64,000 nt of DNA from Propionibacteriaceae bacterium UBA6122 (GTDB lineage: Bacteria; Actinomycetota; Actinomycetes; Propionibacteriales; Propionibacteriaceae): positions 3,714-67,713 of the forward strand of contig DIVW01000033.1 of NCBI GenBank assembly GCA_002428365.1. The letters run 5' to 3'. Below are positions 61,832 to 64,000 of this stretch, one piece after another. The translations under genes were made by a program, and so were the position numbers. Positions within the stretch are counted from its first letter, which is position 1. Each line of letters begins with the position of its first letter. Below the pieces are notes generated by a model. The model saw only the letters and a list, made by a program, of their open reading frames with translations, ran no database searches and was not told the origin of the DNA.

Positions 61832-64000
61832 TAGTTTTTCCATCGGGGCGTGCTTCAACGACTGGCGCTTGACCCCCGCCGAACCGAAGTCGACATCGGC
61901 CTTCGTCGCGTCCCCGGTGCCGTGGGTGGCAATCACGGTGCCCATCCCGAAGGACGTGTGCAGCACTCGCTCCCCCACCTCAACCGAGGCCACCGTCTTG
62001 ATCACCGGCCGGGAGCCAAAGGTCGGCCTACTTTGGACCGAGCCGGTTGAGGCCGTCCGCCGTTCAGTGCCGGGCCCGCGCTGCACGAAGGCCGGACGCG
62101 CCGCGTCCAGGTTGCGCCAATCAATCAGGTGGGCGGGAATCTCGTCGGTGAACCGGCTGGCCGGGTTGTACTTCGGCGCTCCCCACATGGTGCGCACGGT
62201 GGCGCGACTCAGGAAGAGCCGTTTGCGAGCCCGCGTGATCCCGACGTAGGCCAGCCGACGTTCCTCCTCCAGTTCGGCGGTATCGAACATCGCCCGCTCA
62301 TGCGGAAAGATGCCCTCCTCGAAGCCGGTCAAAAAGACCGTGTCGAACTCCAGCCCCTTCGCCGTGTGCAGGGTCATCAAGGTGACCACCCCAGCCGAAT
62401 CCGGGTCACGGTCGGGGATCCGATCAGAGTCGGCCACCAGCGCGATCCGCTCCAGAAAGGCTGGCAGTGAGTCGTCCGGCTCGGGAGCAGCTGCGGCCAA
62501 CTCGGCCGCCAACTCAGCGTCCTCGCCCTCGGCTTCGCCCAGATCGACGGCATGCGCAGCAGCGACGAACTCCTGGGCGACGCTGACCAGCTCGACCAGG
62601 TTCTCCAACCGGGTCTCGTCCTGGGGGTCGGTGGAGGCAGCCAGCTCGTCGGTGTAGCTCGAGCCCTTGAGAATGCTGGCCAGCACCTGATCGGCCGGCA
62701 CGCCAGCGGCCACCTGGCGGCGGTGCTCGGCCAGTAGGTCAGCGAAAGCCTTGATCTGATTCAGCGACCGGGACGCCAACCCCGGAGCCTCTTCGGCTCG
62801 ATCGAGGGCCGCACCAAAGGAGATCCCCTCATTGGCGGCGAAGGCCTCGATCAGGGCTTCGGCCCGATCACCGATGCCGCGCCTGGGCACGTTCAGCACC
62901 CGCCGCACCGACACATCGTCGTCGGGGTTGGCGATCGCTCGCAGATAGGAGATGGCGTCGCGAATCTCCTTGCGCTCGTAGAAGCGCACGCCGCCGACCA
63001 CCCGGTAGGGCATCCCCACCCGAATGAACCGCTCCTCGAAGGCCCGCGATTGCGCGTTGGTGCGATAGAAGACCGCAACTTCCCCGTACTTGGTGGCCCC
63101 GTCATCGGCCAGCTTGTCGATCTCGGTGGCCACGAACTGAGCCTCGGCGTGCTCGGTGTCAGCCACGTAGCCGACCAGCAGTTCGCCGTCACCAGCCTCA
63201 GACCACAGCCGCTTGGCCGGACGTCCAGGGTTGCGGGTGATCACCGCGTTGGCGGCGTTCAGGATGTTCTGGGTGGAGCGATAGTTCTGCTCCAACACGA
63301 TGGTGCTCGCGCCTGGGAAATCAGTTTCGAAATCGAGGATGTTGCGAATCGTCGCCCCACGGAAGGCGTAGATCGACTGGTCGGAGTCGCCGACCACCAT
63401 CAGCTCCGGCGACTCGATCGAGCCGGCCGGCGCATCGGCGATAACCCCACACAGCTCCCGGATCAGGGCGTACTGAGCGTGGTTGGTGTCCTGGTATTCG
63501 TCCACCAGCACGTGCCGGAACCGGCGTCGGTAGCTCTCCGCCACGTGCGGGTGCGACTGGAGCAGGTGCACGGTCGTCATTATCAGGTCGTCGAAGTCCA
63601 GCGCGTGCGCCTCGCGCAGCCGCCGCTGGTAGAGCGTGTACGCCTCGGCCAGCGCCCGCTCGTTCGGCCCCTTGGCCCGGCCGGCGAACTCCTCCGGGTC
63701 GACCAGCTCGTTCTTCAGGTTCGACACCTGGGCGGCCAGGCCCCGGGCCGGGTAGCGCTTCGGGTCCAGGTCCAGCTCGCGGGCGACCATCTGCATCAAC
63801 CGGCGCGAGTCGTCCGCGTCGTAGATCGAGAACGTCGACTTCAGGCCGGCGTGCTCGTGCTCGGCCCGCAGGATGCGTACGCAGGCGGAGTGGAACGTCG
63901 AGACCCACATGAGCCGGGCGCGCGGGCCGACCAGCGCGGCCACCCGCTCCTTCATCTCACCGGCGGCCTTGTTGGTGAACGTGATCGCGATGATCTCGCC
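61829..64000 (-). CDS. pcrA: ATP-dependent DNA helicase PcrA/UvrD1, 5' end outside the window
   Basis: AITFTNKAAGEM, VDEYQDTN, VGDSDQSIYAFRGA, LEQNYRST, TLHTAKGLEF and EERRLAYVGITRA. Confidence 0.96.
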   Translation of the reverse strand, partial: GEIIAITFTNKAAGEMKERVAALVGPRARLMWVSTFHSACVRILRAEHEHAGLKSTFSIYDADDSRRLMQMVARELDLDPKRYPARGLAAQVSNLKNELVDPEEFAGRAKGPNERALAEAYTLYQRRLREAHALDFDDLIMTTVHLLQSHPHVAESYRRRFRHVLVDEYQDTNHAQYALIRELCGVIADAPAGSIESPELMVVGDSDQSIYAFRGATIRNILDFETDFPGASTIVLEQNYRSTQNILNAANAVITRNPGRPAKRLWSEAGDGELLVGYVADTEHAEAQFVATEIDKLADDGATKYGEVAVFYRTNAQSRAFEERFIRVGMPYRVVGGVRFYERKEIRDAISYLRAIANPDDDVSVRRVLNVPRRGIGDRAEALIEAFAANEGISFGAALDRAEEAPGLASRSLNQIKAFADLLAEHRRQVAAGVPADQVLASILKGSSYTDELAASTDPQDETRLENLVELVSVAQEFVAAAHAVDLGEAEGEDAELAAELAAAAPEPDDSLPAFLERIALVADSDRIPDRDPDSAGVVTLMTLHTAKGLEFDTVFLTGFEEGIFPHERAMFDTAELEEERRLAYVGITRARKRLFLSRATVRTMWGAPKYNPASRFTDEIPAHLIDWRNLDAARPAFVQRGPGTERRTASTGSVQSRPTFGSRPVIKTVASVEVGERVLHTSFGMGTVIATHGTGDATKADVDFGSAGVKRQSLKHAPMEKL

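Overview
High-GC actinobacterial chromosome segment, most consistent with Propionibacteriales (inferred from the mutA-mutB-meaB methylmalonyl-CoA mutase operon, the sucC-sucD-DUF6350-purN-purH-folD-DUF3017 gene order and many leaderless genes). Most of it is housekeeping or catabolic: a xylose regulon (xylB, xylA, ChvE-type ABC transporter, ROK repressor), nucleoside salvage and uptake, a four-gene nonulosonic acid (KDN-like) cell-wall cluster, the yjjI-yjjW glycyl-radical pair, purine/folate genes, TCA genes and pcrA. The standout locus is 28106-30560 on the minus strand. A promoter covered by an 11-4-11 palindrome precedes a tandem array of four Y-RNA-like genes, which share a GGGCCG-N7-TCGGTT ... 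CCGGYG..CACGYCC stem but carry different, circularly permuted tRNA-like domains. Two of them retain apparent anticodon loops (Tyr GUA and Glu CUC). The array is followed by a Ro60/TROVE gene and a small overlapping HTH gene. Divergent from it is a DUF222-HNH gene with SOS-box-like and RecA-NDp/PafBC-like promoter motifs. Other oddities are an 11-fold WxGxxW repeat protein, a REP-like palindrome and a probable chimeric junction inside pcrA. All calls come from reading the sequence and recalling family motifs; no searches were run.
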